Below, in pieces: positions 20,888 through 30,859 of a stretch of DNA of 64,000 bases. The notes below the pieces were generated by a model. It was given only the letters and a program-made list of their open reading frames with translations. It had not been told where the DNA came from and did not search any database. How positions within the stretch are numbered: the first letter of the stretch is position 1; every line of letters begins with the position of its first letter. A program made the position numbers and the translations under genes. The DNA is from Ignavibacteriae bacterium HGW-Ignavibacteriae-4 (GTDB taxonomy: Bacteria; Bacteroidota; Ignavibacteria; Kapaibacteriales; UBA2268): NCBI GenBank assembly GCA_002839765.1, contig PGYR01000008.1:2541-66540 (forward strand), in the 5' to 3' direction.

Positions 20888-21047
20888 AAACACATAGAAA
20901 AATAGTAAAACATACTAGCTTAACTACATTTACTATGCCATTTTTAACTATTGGGGATTCATAGGATTATGGGGGAGACTTTATTACATTAGAGTAAGTA
21001 AGTAATAAAAACCAACTTTTAGTTTCTAAAATTTTATAATTTGCATT

Positions 21048-21428
21048 ATGAAAACAATCCAATATATAACGCATATACTTTTTTATATCAGCTGTGTATT
21101 AGTGGTACTACCTTTTTGGAAAGATCTATTTAGTGAAACTGGGTATGAATTAAATACATGGTTTTTCAACTTTAGTATTGTTATGCTCTGCCTAGTGAAT
21201 ATGGTAGATTGGTTTTCAGTTGATAAGAAAGTATTCAGAATATCTGCTATTTCACTCTTTGTTGTGTTAGTATCAATGATTATTGAGTTCTTTTCTTCAC
21301 CAGGAATATTAGCAAGTATATCAATAACGATGAAGTCATTATCTTTTATTGTTATGACTTTCTATTTCTTTAATATGCTATACGTTAGAACTAAAAGTGA
21401 AATGGCAATTACATACCGCTCTAATTAG
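21048..21428 (+). CDS. Hypothetical 4-TM membrane protein
   Basis: Four hydrophobic segments; clean ORF. Confidence 0.6.
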   Translation: MKTIQYITHILFYISCVLVVLPFWKDLFSETGYELNTWFFNFSIVMLCLVNMVDWFSVDKKVFRISAISLFVVLVSMIIEFFSSPGILASISITMKSLSFIVMTFYFFNMLYVRTKSEMAITYRSN

Positions 21429-21568
21429 CCCAAGACTTCTTAAATCTGCATTTATAAACTTGAAGTTCTTAAGATTGTTGATATCTTAAACCTCGTATTT
21501 ATTACATTTTCGTATCTTATATTGAATGTATCCGTACATTAGCATTGAAAACTATGCTAAATTTTTTC

Positions 21569-21576
21569 TAATTTTG
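21569..21576 (+). promoter_or_regulatory. Bacteroidota-type -7 promoter element upstream of glmS
   Basis: TAATTTTG matches TAnnTTTG about 35 nt before the ATG. Confidence 0.45.
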
Positions 21577-21609
21577 CGTATTGCAATAATATAAAACAAG
21601 AGCAAACAA

Positions 21610-23442
21610 ATGTGTGGAATCGTAGGTTACATAGGTAAGCAAAAAGCATCTCATATATTACTAAATGGTCTGAAGCGTATGGAGTACCGAGGGTACGACT
21701 CTGCTGGATGGGCTATGATAGAGAATGAGAAACTAAATCTATTGAAGAATATCGGTAAAGTAGCTCACCTAGATAGACTTACTCCACATGATATGCTAGA
21801 GGCAACTGTTGGTATAGCACATACTAGATGGGCTACACATGGTTTCCCAAATCATCTCAATGCTCACCCGCACTTAGATAATTCGGAAAATATTGCTGTA
21901 GTTCACAATGGAATCATCGAGAACTATACTGCATTGAAAACGAAATTACAAAAGGATGGATATTTCTTCAATTCAGATACAGATACCGAAGTCCTTGCTG
22001 TCTTTATTGGTGCTATATACGAGAAAGTCCATGATTTAGAGAAAGCAGTTAGAATAGCTCTATCAGAGATAGATGGTACTTTTGGTATTGCAGTGCTTTC
22101 CTCTTATGAACCAGAGAAGATAATATGTGCCCGTCACGGTAGCCCAATGGTATTGGGAATAGGTGAAGGTGAATATATAGTAGCTTCGGATGCAGCTGCT
22201 ATTATTCAACATACTAATCAAGTGGTTTACCTAAACGATAAAGAAATGGCAATCATCACTAGAGATGGTTTCATAACTAAAACAATCGATAATGAAATTA
22301 CAGATCCAATAATCGAAGAGATAAATTTCGATTTGGCACAAATAGAAAAAGGTGGTTACGATCACTTTATGCTAAAAGAAATACACGAACAGCCCGAGAC
22401 TGTCTTTAACTCATTCCGTGGTCGATTACTTGCTGATGTGGGTAATGTGAAACTAGGTGGTTTGAATAATATGATGGATAAGTTACGTAAAACAAAACGT
22501 ATTATCATCACGGCTTGTGGTACTTCGTGGCATGCTGGATTGGTAGGTGAGTATATGATAGAACAGTTGGCTCAAATATCTGTTGAGGTTGAGTATGCGT
22601 CTGAGTTCAGATATCGTAACCCAATTATAGGGCCAGATGATGTAGTATTTGCTATCTCACAATCTGGTGAAACACTAGATACTTTAGCTGCAATCAAAGA
22701 AGCTCGTCAGAAAGGTGCAACTGTAATAGGTATAGTCAACGTAGTTGGCTCTACAATAGCTAGGGAAACAGAAGCAGGTGTTTATATACACGCAGGCCCA
22801 GAGATTGGTGTTGCCTCTACAAAGGCGTTTACATCGCAAATAACAGTGCTTGCACTTATTGCTCTACTATTGGGTAGAATGCGAAATCTATCACAACCAG
22901 AAGGACAAGCTATAGCAGAAGCTATGATGGAGCTCCCTGATAAAATCCGTCAAGTATTAGCAACCGAAAAAGAAATAAAAGCGATAGCTGAGAAATATTA
23001 CGAAAATAAAAATTTCCTCTACTTGGGTCGAGGGTTTAATTATCCATTGGCGCTAGAAGGTGCATTAAAACTAAAAGAAATATCATATATACATGCAGAA
23101 GGTTATCCTGCTGCGGAAATGAAACACGGGCCAATAGCTCTTATAGATGAGAATATGCCAGTAGTTTTCATAGCGACAAAAGATACAATCTACGATAAGG
23201 TGTTTTCAAACATAGAAGAAGTAAAAGCTCGTAAGGGTAAGATAATAGCAATAGCTACAGAAGGTGATGAACGTATCAAGAGAGTTGCTGACCACGTTAT
23301 CTATGTACCTGAAGTTATGCCGATGCTAAACCCTATATTGTCGGCAGTGCCATTGCAATTGCTAGCATATCACATTGCTCTTAAACTAGAGTGCGATGTG
23401 GATCAACCTCGTAACTTGGCCAAGTCTGTTACTGTTGAATGA
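21610..23442 (+). CDS. glmS: Glutamine--fructose-6-phosphate aminotransferase
   Basis: MCGIVG, EYRGYDSAG, HTRWATHG, SQSGET, C-terminal PRNLAKSVTVE. Confidence 0.98.
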   Translation: MCGIVGYIGKQKASHILLNGLKRMEYRGYDSAGWAMIENEKLNLLKNIGKVAHLDRLTPHDMLEATVGIAHTRWATHGFPNHLNAHPHLDNSENIAVVHNGIIENYTALKTKLQKDGYFFNSDTDTEVLAVFIGAIYEKVHDLEKAVRIALSEIDGTFGIAVLSSYEPEKIICARHGSPMVLGIGEGEYIVASDAAAIIQHTNQVVYLNDKEMAIITRDGFITKTIDNEITDPIIEEINFDLAQIEKGGYDHFMLKEIHEQPETVFNSFRGRLLADVGNVKLGGLNNMMDKLRKTKRIIITACGTSWHAGLVGEYMIEQLAQISVEVEYASEFRYRNPIIGPDDVVFAISQSGETLDTLAAIKEARQKGATVIGIVNVVGSTIARETEAGVYIHAGPEIGVASTKAFTSQITVLALIALLLGRMRNLSQPEGQAIAEAMMELPDKIRQVLATEKEIKAIAEKYYENKNFLYLGRGFNYPLALEGALKLKEISYIHAEGYPAAEMKHGPIALIDENMPVVFIATKDTIYDKVFSNIEEVKARKGKIIAIATEGDERIKRVADHVIYVPEVMPMLNPILSAVPLQLLAYHIALKLECDVDQPRNLAKSVTVE

Positions 23443-23485
23443 TGTAACCCATTGGTGCAAGAGCGATTAGTGAAAAAAATACATC

Positions 23486-23517
23486 ATAAAAGGCAAGAGG
23501 TAATTCTTGCCTTTTAT
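23486..23517. terminator. Bidirectional terminator between glmS and the S8 peptidase gene
   Basis: ataaaaggcaaga-ggtaat-tcttgccttttat. Confidence 0.8.
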
Positions 23518-23520
23518 GGT

Positions 23521-25155
23521 TTATTCTTTAACTATTTTCTTTGAATATATTATGTTACTCATCATATCAAAAAGATTAACTATATAAACCCCTTTTGGTA
23601 ATCTTTCAAAATTTATAGTATGTGTGCTATTATCATTAAATTCTTTCTGTTGATGCACTTCTTGACCTAATAAATCAAAAACATTAATTGAATTTATTTT
23701 CTTATCTGTTTTAATAATAATATTAGAATGAGTTGGGTTCGGGAAAAATGAAATACTACTTTCATCTATATAATCTTCAACAGAACTAATTGAATATTTT
23801 AAAGCATTGAAGGCATTTACTCTACCATAACCATGATATATATCAAACCCAGGAGTATCCTCAAAACTTCTCCCAACTTGATCTTCAGAAGAATTTCTTA
23901 TGATAGTTCTTATTTCATCAGGAGACCTATTAGGATTCTGAGCAAAGAGCAGTGCGCATATACCCGAGACTAGTGGCGTAGCTTGTGATGTACCTCCCCA
24001 ATAAGTATTGTAATTGACATCCGAACTATAACTCAAACCATATATATAATTACCAGGTGCAACGACATCTATATGTTGACCAAAGCAACTTCCACTAGTC
24101 TTACTCCAGAAAAATGGGCTTGAGCGTTGATCATTTGCGTCGGTAGAGCCTACTGCTATAGTAGTCTCATATCCAGCTGGATAATACGTAACATCATTAT
24201 TCTCATTCATCATACATGCAACTACTACAACACCATGATCATAGGCATATTTAATAGCATCTCGAAAAGTTATAGATTGTCCACTACCTCCAACCGACAT
24301 ATTTATAACATTGGCTCCATTGTCAACGGCATAATATACTCCTTCTGCGAACCATGTATAACTACCAGAATTGCTACTATTTAATATTTTTCCTACCATT
24401 AACTTGCAATGCCAATCAACACCCGCATAACCTATACTATTATTAGCATTTGCACCAATTATACCAGTTACATTAGTCCCGTGCCCATGGTCATCAGTGG
24501 GGTCATTGTTATTGTATGAGAAATTCCAACCGTAAATATCATCTATATATCCGTTTTGATCATCGTCTATTCCATTTGCAATTTCAGCTTTATTCTGCCA
24601 GATTCGTCCGTTGAATTCAGGATGTTTGAATCTAAGACCAGCATCTAAAATAGCAACTACAATTGTAGAATCACCTGTTTCTATATCCCAAGCTAATTCC
24701 ATATCTGTATCAGCATCTGTTAGTGCTGGAGAAAGTGAAAATGAACCATCATTATAAAGTCCGTATTGACGAGAGAATAAAGGATCATTTGGAAATGTTT
24801 CCAAACTTCCCATTCCACCACTACCACTTCCGATATAGTTAGGTTCTACATATTCGAATAAGCCAGTTTGCATGTATGTATCAACTAATAGACCTATATC
24901 TTGAGTCTGATTAAATCGAATTAGATATGTATTATTTAATTTCTTATTCCCAGTTAGAGTTATACTGCTTACTTTGAATTCTTTGTTCAAGGAATCAAAT
25001 TCTGATAAATTATGTTTATTACTAGTGTAATTATTGAGGTTAGTAATAGAATTAAATTTGACTATTAATTCATCTTGTATATAATTAATTGGCTCAACCG
25101 AATATGATATTTTCAGAACAAATAGAAATATTATTGAAATATAAATGCTTTTCAT
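23521..25155 (-). CDS. S8 subtilisin-like serine peptidase with T9SS sorting domain
   Basis: Catalytic triad VAILDAG / HGHGT / GTSQATP; propeptide; C-terminal FPNP..GVYIV..KKIVKE. Confidence 0.93.
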   Translation of the reverse strand: MKSIYISIIFLFVLKISYSVEPINYIQDELIVKFNSITNLNNYTSNKHNLSEFDSLNKEFKVSSITLTGNKKLNNTYLIRFNQTQDIGLLVDTYMQTGLFEYVEPNYIGSGSGGMGSLETFPNDPLFSRQYGLYNDGSFSLSPALTDADTDMELAWDIETGDSTIVVAILDAGLRFKHPEFNGRIWQNKAEIANGIDDDQNGYIDDIYGWNFSYNNNDPTDDHGHGTNVTGIIGANANNSIGYAGVDWHCKLMVGKILNSSNSGSYTWFAEGVYYAVDNGANVINMSVGGSGQSITFRDAIKYAYDHGVVVVACMMNENNDVTYYPAGYETTIAVGSTDANDQRSSPFFWSKTSGSCFGQHIDVVAPGNYIYGLSYSSDVNYNTYWGGTSQATPLVSGICALLFAQNPNRSPDEIRTIIRNSSEDQVGRSFEDTPGFDIYHGYGRVNAFNALKYSISSVEDYIDESSISFFPNPTHSNIIIKTDKKINSINVFDLLGQEVHQQKEFNDNSTHTINFERLPKGVYIVNLFDMMSNIIYSKKIVKE

Positions 25156-25246
25156 AATTTAAAACCCCACTAGTTAATTTTCTTGCCTTTCTTGTTTATA
25201 TAGTAGATTCCAATTTACAGTTTATTACTAGTAATAATAGTTCTTC

Positions 25247-25975
25247 CTATACTTTACCACTAAGGTGATTATAGTCTGTAAGTAGAGTAGAGAGGAATTC
25301 GACTGGTGACATATCACTTTTTATACTAAGTTTTTTAAGATATATATTCTTTAGCTTATTAGTAGCATCTATTAGTTGATAAGTAAGTTGATCACCATTA
25401 TTCTTAGCTAATAATTCTCTTATTATATTAGCATCTTTGTCGGTCAAATATCGTGCTTGTGGGAACACAGGAATATAATTCTCGTCAGTAGCTACATAAA
25501 TTGTATCTTCCAATTTTAATTCTTTCTCAAGTTTCACGACTGAAGTTTTCCCAATCATATCTCCAATTCTTTGTGATTTACTTGATACTAATATAGTTAT
25601 AAGTGCTACTACTCCGCCAGTCATAGTAATCTCAACTAACCCCAAAAGCCAACGTGAAAAATAATCAATAACAGATGGCCTAGTTCCATCGACTTTTATT
25701 ACTTTAATTTTCCTTGCTTTTTTACCAATACTTTGACCACCTAGAAATAATTCACATAGAAAGTGGTAGAATATAAAAGGGATGTAAAGACCAACAAGTA
25801 TCCAAAGTGGAGGGTAAGTATCTTTAAATGTAAATGCTATGAATATCATATACCCGAATAGGATAAGTATATCAATTATATGAGCTAATATCCTATCACC
25901 TACACCCGCAATCTTATATTGTATGTCTATATTCTGTGTGGTTTCTATATTTAGTAGTTCGTAAGAATTATCCAT
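25247..25975 (-). CDS. RDD family protein
   Basis: RILAHIID, GQSIGKK, QRIGDM. Confidence 0.9.
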   Translation of the reverse strand: MDNSYELLNIETTQNIDIQYKIAGVGDRILAHIIDILILFGYMIFIAFTFKDTYPPLWILVGLYIPFIFYHFLCELFLGGQSIGKKARKIKVIKVDGTRPSVIDYFSRWLLGLVEITMTGGVVALITILVSSKSQRIGDMIGKTSVVKLEKELKLEDTIYVATDENYIPVFPQARYLTDKDANIIRELLAKNNGDQLTYQLIDATNKLKNIYLKKLSIKSDMSPVEFLSTLLTDYNHLSGKV

Positions 25976-26067
25976 AATCGTATGATTTTAGTAGAAAATT
26001 TTCAAAAAAGTATTATCTTTACCAATACAAAGGTATCAATAAAAATTAAATTATAGCAACTTGATTA

Positions 26068-27057
26068 ATGAAAGAAGTTCAGTTTCTAAATAATAATTCA
26101 GATAAATGGAAAAAATTTGAATCACAACTATCTCGCAAATCTGACCCAAAGAGCGATGAGAACTCTGATACTTTCATAGAAATACTAGACGATTTATCTT
26201 ACGCTAAGACCTATTTTCCCAAAGGGAAAACGCATCATTACCTAAACTCAATATCAGCAAGAGTACAACAAAAGATATATAAAAACAACAAGGAAACTTG
26301 GAAAGGAATAGTCGAATTTTGGAAACGAGATTTGCCTTTGATCTACTCATCTGTTCAGAAAGAATTGCTGATTTCACTTTTGATTATGGTCTTTGGGGTT
26401 GGAATTGGGTTTATATCTTCATTGAATGATGATACTTTTGTTCGGCTTATACTTGGTGATGGTTACGTTAATATGACTGAAAATTTTATTGAGGATGGAA
26501 ATCCTATGGCTGTGTATGAGAAAAGCAGACAAAGTGATATGTTCTTCGGCATTACATTCAATAATATAATGGTGTCGTTTTATGCTTTTATTCTTGGTAT
26601 CTTTTTCTCTTTAGGTACGGCTTATATTATATTTTCGAATGCTATTATGTTGGGCTCATTCCACGCCTTCTTTTATCAGAAGGGAATGTTCTGGGAGACT
26701 TTTCTCACGATTTGGATACATGGTTCACTTGAAATATCTGCGATAGTTATAGCAGGTGCTGCTGGCTTTGTGTTAAGTAGGTCGTTTATGTTCCCTGGTA
26801 CTTATAGTAGAAAAGAAGCATTCGTATCAGGTGGGAAGAAAGGAATAAGGATGATATCTGGATTGATACCCATATTTATAATGGCTGGGTTTCTAGAATC
26901 TTTCGTTACCCGATATCACGAAATGAGTATAATAATTAAATTGATTATAATAATAAGTTCTCTGTCTTACATAGCTTGGTTTTTTGTGATAAACCCAAGA
27001 AAGGTAAGAGCAAGAATAGATATTCAAGAAATTATAGAAACTAATAACTTAATATAG
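26068..27057 (+). CDS. SpoIIM-like membrane protein (DUF95)
   Basis: DDLSYAKTYFP, NNIMV, IWIHGSLEI, AGFLESFVT. Confidence 0.88.
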   Translation: MKEVQFLNNNSDKWKKFESQLSRKSDPKSDENSDTFIEILDDLSYAKTYFPKGKTHHYLNSISARVQQKIYKNNKETWKGIVEFWKRDLPLIYSSVQKELLISLLIMVFGVGIGFISSLNDDTFVRLILGDGYVNMTENFIEDGNPMAVYEKSRQSDMFFGITFNNIMVSFYAFILGIFFSLGTAYIIFSNAIMLGSFHAFFYQKGMFWETFLTIWIHGSLEISAIVIAGAAGFVLSRSFMFPGTYSRKEAFVSGGKKGIRMISGLIPIFIMAGFLESFVTRYHEMSIIIKLIIIISSLSYIAWFFVINPRKVRARIDIQEIIETNNLI

Positions 27058-27069
27058 GACTAAAGTAAT

Positions 27070-27924
27070 ATGGAAAATTTTGGCAGAATTAATTTCAAGC
27101 AGGAGAGAGATTTCTCTAGCTTACTGAACGCTACCTTTGAGTTTCTAAAGCAAGAATTCAAACCATTGTTGAAGCTTTTGCTAATTAGATTAGCTCCATT
27201 TCTTATTCTTATTGGTGTCTTTAGTGCTTTGAGTATGGATAATATTGCAAATAATATGGGCTCTAATCCATTTGCTATATTCTCTTTCTATTACATTGCA
27301 CAAATGCTACTCACTGTATTTGCTATGGTTTACCTGCAATCATTAACCCTCCACTATATCAAGCATTATAATTCTGACTCAATGGAATCTAGAGAAGAAT
27401 ATGTGAAGAACAATGCGTTGTCAAAAGTAATTGAATTGATTGGAGTAAATATTGGTTATGGTTTCCTCGTTGGATTAGCTACACTTTTATTTATAATTCC
27501 AGGTATTTATGTATTTGTTATATTCTCATTAGTATATGTGATAACAGTGTTAGGGGATGGAGAACCGGGTGTATTTAAAAAGTCATCCACTCTAATTAAA
27601 AATCATTGGTGGGAGACATTTGGTGGTCTTATTGTTGTTTTCATAGTATATTATATAATAACTTTAATTTTCGCTCTTCCAAATTCAATGATATTTTTAT
27701 TTGATGCTTTTACAGGTGCTTATGATGGAGCTATTTCAACTAGTAATAATATAGTTTTAGACATAATACTCAATATAATTGCTGCATTTGGCATACTATC
27801 AGCAATCATAATGTATATTTATCTTTCTTTCAATTATTATAGTTTGATGGAGCAAAAAGAAGCTACAGGATTGTTGGATCAGATTGATCAAATGGAGCAA
27901 GATCTTTCTGAGGATAATGCCTAA
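27070..27924 (+). CDS. Conserved multi-pass membrane protein
   Basis: About six TM segments; ERDFS N-terminus; LFIIPGIY; conserved position in the MoxR cluster. Confidence 0.72.
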   Translation: MENFGRINFKQERDFSSLLNATFEFLKQEFKPLLKLLLIRLAPFLILIGVFSALSMDNIANNMGSNPFAIFSFYYIAQMLLTVFAMVYLQSLTLHYIKHYNSDSMESREEYVKNNALSKVIELIGVNIGYGFLVGLATLLFIIPGIYVFVIFSLVYVITVLGDGEPGVFKKSSTLIKNHWWETFGGLIVVFIVYYIITLIFALPNSMIFLFDAFTGAYDGAISTSNNIVLDIILNIIAAFGILSAIIMYIYLSFNYYSLMEQKEATGLLDQIDQMEQDLSEDNA

Positions 27925-28699
27925 ACTTATATTATATATACTGATATTCACTTTTTCGACGTATTTGCATAGCGAAGAAGATACTACCTCAATTGATTCA
28001 GTTGAGATGATATATCTAGATACAGCTAATATTGAGATTGACTCTGCATTAACAATCAATTATGATACGACTGATGTTGAAGTTCTATCTATTCCACAAG
28101 TAAAAATTGACTCTCTGAAAGCTACAGGTGATTACATATACCTAACTGATGAAGAAAGAGAGAATATGGGTCTATGGGATTGGCTGAAAATGAAGTTTCT
28201 GCAATGGTTCTACGGTATATTTAATACAATAGGTGAATATGGCTTATTGGATTTACTTGGTTTGATTTTTGGTGTTATAGTTATTGGGTTTATCATATTT
28301 AAAATTGCAAATCGAGGACTCAGTTTTGGATTTGTTGGTTCTGGTGAAGAAAGGTCAGATGGCAATTTGGTAGTTTCTATAAAGAAAGATGAATTCGATA
28401 AGTTGATAGAAACGGCTAGAAACAATGGTAATAGGAACGAAATAATACGACTTTCTTTCTTGAAAATAATATCAGAACTCAACAACAAGAACATAATAAA
28501 ATATTCGGAAGATAAAACCAATAGAGACTATTACTACGAGATAAGTGATGAGAATATAAAGTCTCAGTTCAAAAAAGTATCAAATATATTTGACTATACA
28601 TTCTATGGTGAATTTGAAATAACGGATTCACATCTTAATCAATATGAACCAATCTTTCTTAACTTGTATAACTCTCTTCCGAAAGGAGTTATCAAGTGA
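27917..28699 (+). CDS. DUF4129-like protein
   Basis: ATG 27917 gives a signal peptide; one TM; C-terminal KTNRDYYYEI..FDYTFYG. Confidence 0.78.
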   Translation: MPKLILYILIFTFSTYLHSEEDTTSIDSVEMIYLDTANIEIDSALTINYDTTDVEVLSIPQVKIDSLKATGDYIYLTDEERENMGLWDWLKMKFLQWFYGIFNTIGEYGLLDLLGLIFGVIVIGFIIFKIANRGLSFGFVGSGEERSDGNLVVSIKKDEFDKLIETARNNGNRNEIIRLSFLKIISELNNKNIIKYSEDKTNRDYYYEISDENIKSQFKKVSNIFDYTFYGEFEITDSHLNQYEPIFLNLYNSLPKGVIK

Positions 28700-29886
28700 A
28701 AAAGAATAAGAATATATTAGTTTTCGTATTGATTCTAGTTGTTATATTTTTGATTGAGGTATCGAATAGAGATATGACGGATTGGACTGCTACTTTCAAC
28801 AAAGAAGACAAAATTCCTTTTGGAACTAAGGTTTTAGATGAGCTTTTACCCGAGTTATTCAGTAATAGTAAAATCACATATAATGACGTAAGTTTATATG
28901 AATTATTAGATACTAATAAGACTAATCAAACATTAATTATCGCGTATGATAATTTGTACGGAAGAGCTAAAGTAAATATTGACTTTAAAAGTTTGGAAAG
29001 ACTAATAGCTTGGGTAAACAATGGAAATACCGCCTTTCTCAATATATGTGGACAGGTAGAGTTTGACACATTAAACTTAGGTATTAGTACGACTTATGTT
29101 TTTAACGAGACTAACAAAAAGAATATAAATTTTTATAATGAAAAACTTCAGTTTGATAAGGATTTGAAATTAGACAAAGGTTCATATTCTTCTTACTTCT
29201 CTACAATTGATACAAGTAATGTAGAATTAATTGCTCATTATGATAACCAGGCTCGTTTTATCAAACAGAAAATTGGAAAAGGCAATATTTATATATCGAC
29301 AATTCCTTATGCTTTCACTAACTATAATTTACTTTACGGAAGTCCGGAGTTAGCTATCAAAATGCTATCGTATTTACCGAAAGACAATGATATAATAGTT
29401 GATGAATATTATAAAATTGGTTCAGATAAATCAAGCCACCACTTACGATATATACTATCGCAAAAGTCACTCAAATGGGGTTATTATACTCTCTTGATGA
29501 CAGTATTCTTCGCAATAGTTATCAATCTAAAAAGAAAGCAGAAAGCTATACCAGTCATTAGAAAGAAGAAGAACTCTTCTCTGGAATTTATTAAAACTAT
29601 AAGTAATCTATACTTAGAAGAAAATGATAATAAGTTCATAGCAGACAAGAAAATAAAGCATTTTAGAAATTATCTTAGACAGAAGCTAAATCTAAAAGCA
29701 AATTCTTTTGAAATAGATATTATGGAATATATAGCAAAAAGAACTGGCGTTGATGTAGAGCTTTTAGAGGAAATATTCAGACGAATAAGAGCAGTAGAAA
29801 TAACAAATGATGTCAGTTTTCAGCAATTAGAACAACTAAATTCATGTATTGATAAATTTTATTTGAAGGTAAGAAATGGAAAATGA
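28696..29886 (+). CDS. DUF4350-like membrane-anchored protein
   Basis: DKIPFGTKVL, FTNYNLL, KRKQKAIPVI..NSSLEFIKTISNLY. Confidence 0.78.
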   Translation: MKKNKNILVFVLILVVIFLIEVSNRDMTDWTATFNKEDKIPFGTKVLDELLPELFSNSKITYNDVSLYELLDTNKTNQTLIIAYDNLYGRAKVNIDFKSLERLIAWVNNGNTAFLNICGQVEFDTLNLGISTTYVFNETNKKNINFYNEKLQFDKDLKLDKGSYSSYFSTIDTSNVELIAHYDNQARFIKQKIGKGNIYISTIPYAFTNYNLLYGSPELAIKMLSYLPKDNDIIVDEYYKIGSDKSSHHLRYILSQKSLKWGYYTLLMTVFFAIVINLKRKQKAIPVIRKKKNSSLEFIKTISNLYLEENDNKFIADKKIKHFRNYLRQKLNLKANSFEIDIMEYIAKRTGVDVELLEEIFRRIRAVEITNDVSFQQLEQLNSCIDKFYLKVRNGK

Positions 29887-30859
29887 GAATATGGAATTTC
29901 AATCAAGAGTTGATTTGACTAAGATACAATCGAAAGTCGAATTGATAAAAAAAGAAATATCGAAATCGCTAATTGGTCAAGAACAGATGGTGGAGCTAAT
30001 ACTCACTGCTATTCTAACTGGTGGGCACGTACTAATAGAAGGTGTACCAGGAGTAGCTAAGACATTGACCGCTAAGCTAGTATCTAAAGTAATCAATGCT
30101 GATTATGGTAGGATTCAATTTACTCCTGATCTTATGCCTTCTGACATATTAGGAACATCAATTTACAATCCTAAATTAGGTGAATTTGAGTTCAAGAAAG
30201 GCCCTATCTTCAAAAATCTAGTCCTGATAGATGAGATTAATCGTGCCCCTGCTAAAACGCAGTCGGCTCTTTTTGAAGTTATGGAAGAACAGCAAATCTC
30301 AATGGACGGTGTGAAATACACTCTAACACCTCCTTTCTTTGTTATGGCGACTCAAAATCCAGTAGAACACGAAGGTACATATAGATTGCCAGAAGCACAG
30401 CTCGACAGATTCCTATTTAAGATAAATGTTGATTATCCGAGCATGGAAAATGAACTAAACATTCTGAAAAACAAATCACAGAATAAGTTTGATAATCCGA
30501 TGACAGCTGTTAATCAGGTAATTAGCTCACAAGAAATAGAAGAGTTCAAAGCACTATTAGATGATGTTGTTGTAGATGATGTGATCTATAAATACATTGT
30601 AGAGATTATTCAATTATCTAGAAATTTCCATTCTGTGTATTTAGGAGCTTCTCCTAGAGCTGGTATTATGCTTTTACGTTCGGCGCAGGCCTTTGCTATA
30701 CTCAATGGGCGTGATTTTGTTACTCCTGAAGATATACAAACTCTATGTGTGCCGTTACTTTCGCATAGATTAATACTTACTCCTGAGAAAGAAATGGAAG
30801 GTATAACAACAGCTGATGTAATCAAAGATTTACTGCACGCGGTAGAGGTACCTAGATGA
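29876..30859 (+). CDS. moxR: MoxR family AAA+ ATPase
   Basis: EGVPGVAKT, IQFTPDLMPSD, DEINRAP, ATQNPVE, AQLDRF, GASPR. Confidence 0.93.
   Translation: MENENMEFQSRVDLTKIQSKVELIKKEISKSLIGQEQMVELILTAILTGGHVLIEGVPGVAKTLTAKLVSKVINADYGRIQFTPDLMPSDILGTSIYNPKLGEFEFKKGPIFKNLVLIDEINRAPAKTQSALFEVMEEQQISMDGVKYTLTPPFFVMATQNPVEHEGTYRLPEAQLDRFLFKINVDYPSMENELNILKNKSQNKFDNPMTAVNQVISSQEIEEFKALLDDVVVDDVIYKYIVEIIQLSRNFHSVYLGASPRAGIMLLRSAQAFAILNGRDFVTPEDIQTLCVPLLSHRLILTPEKEMEGITTADVIKDLLHAVEVPR

Noticed and set aside
15030-21430. Prophage or ICE explanation for the accessory islet
   Set aside because: No integrase, transposase, phage or conjugation genes, and no long att repeats
21429-21609. glmS ribozyme in the glmS leader
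   Set aside because: No recognisable ribozyme core or stable stems; the likely promoter is only about 35 nt from the ATG
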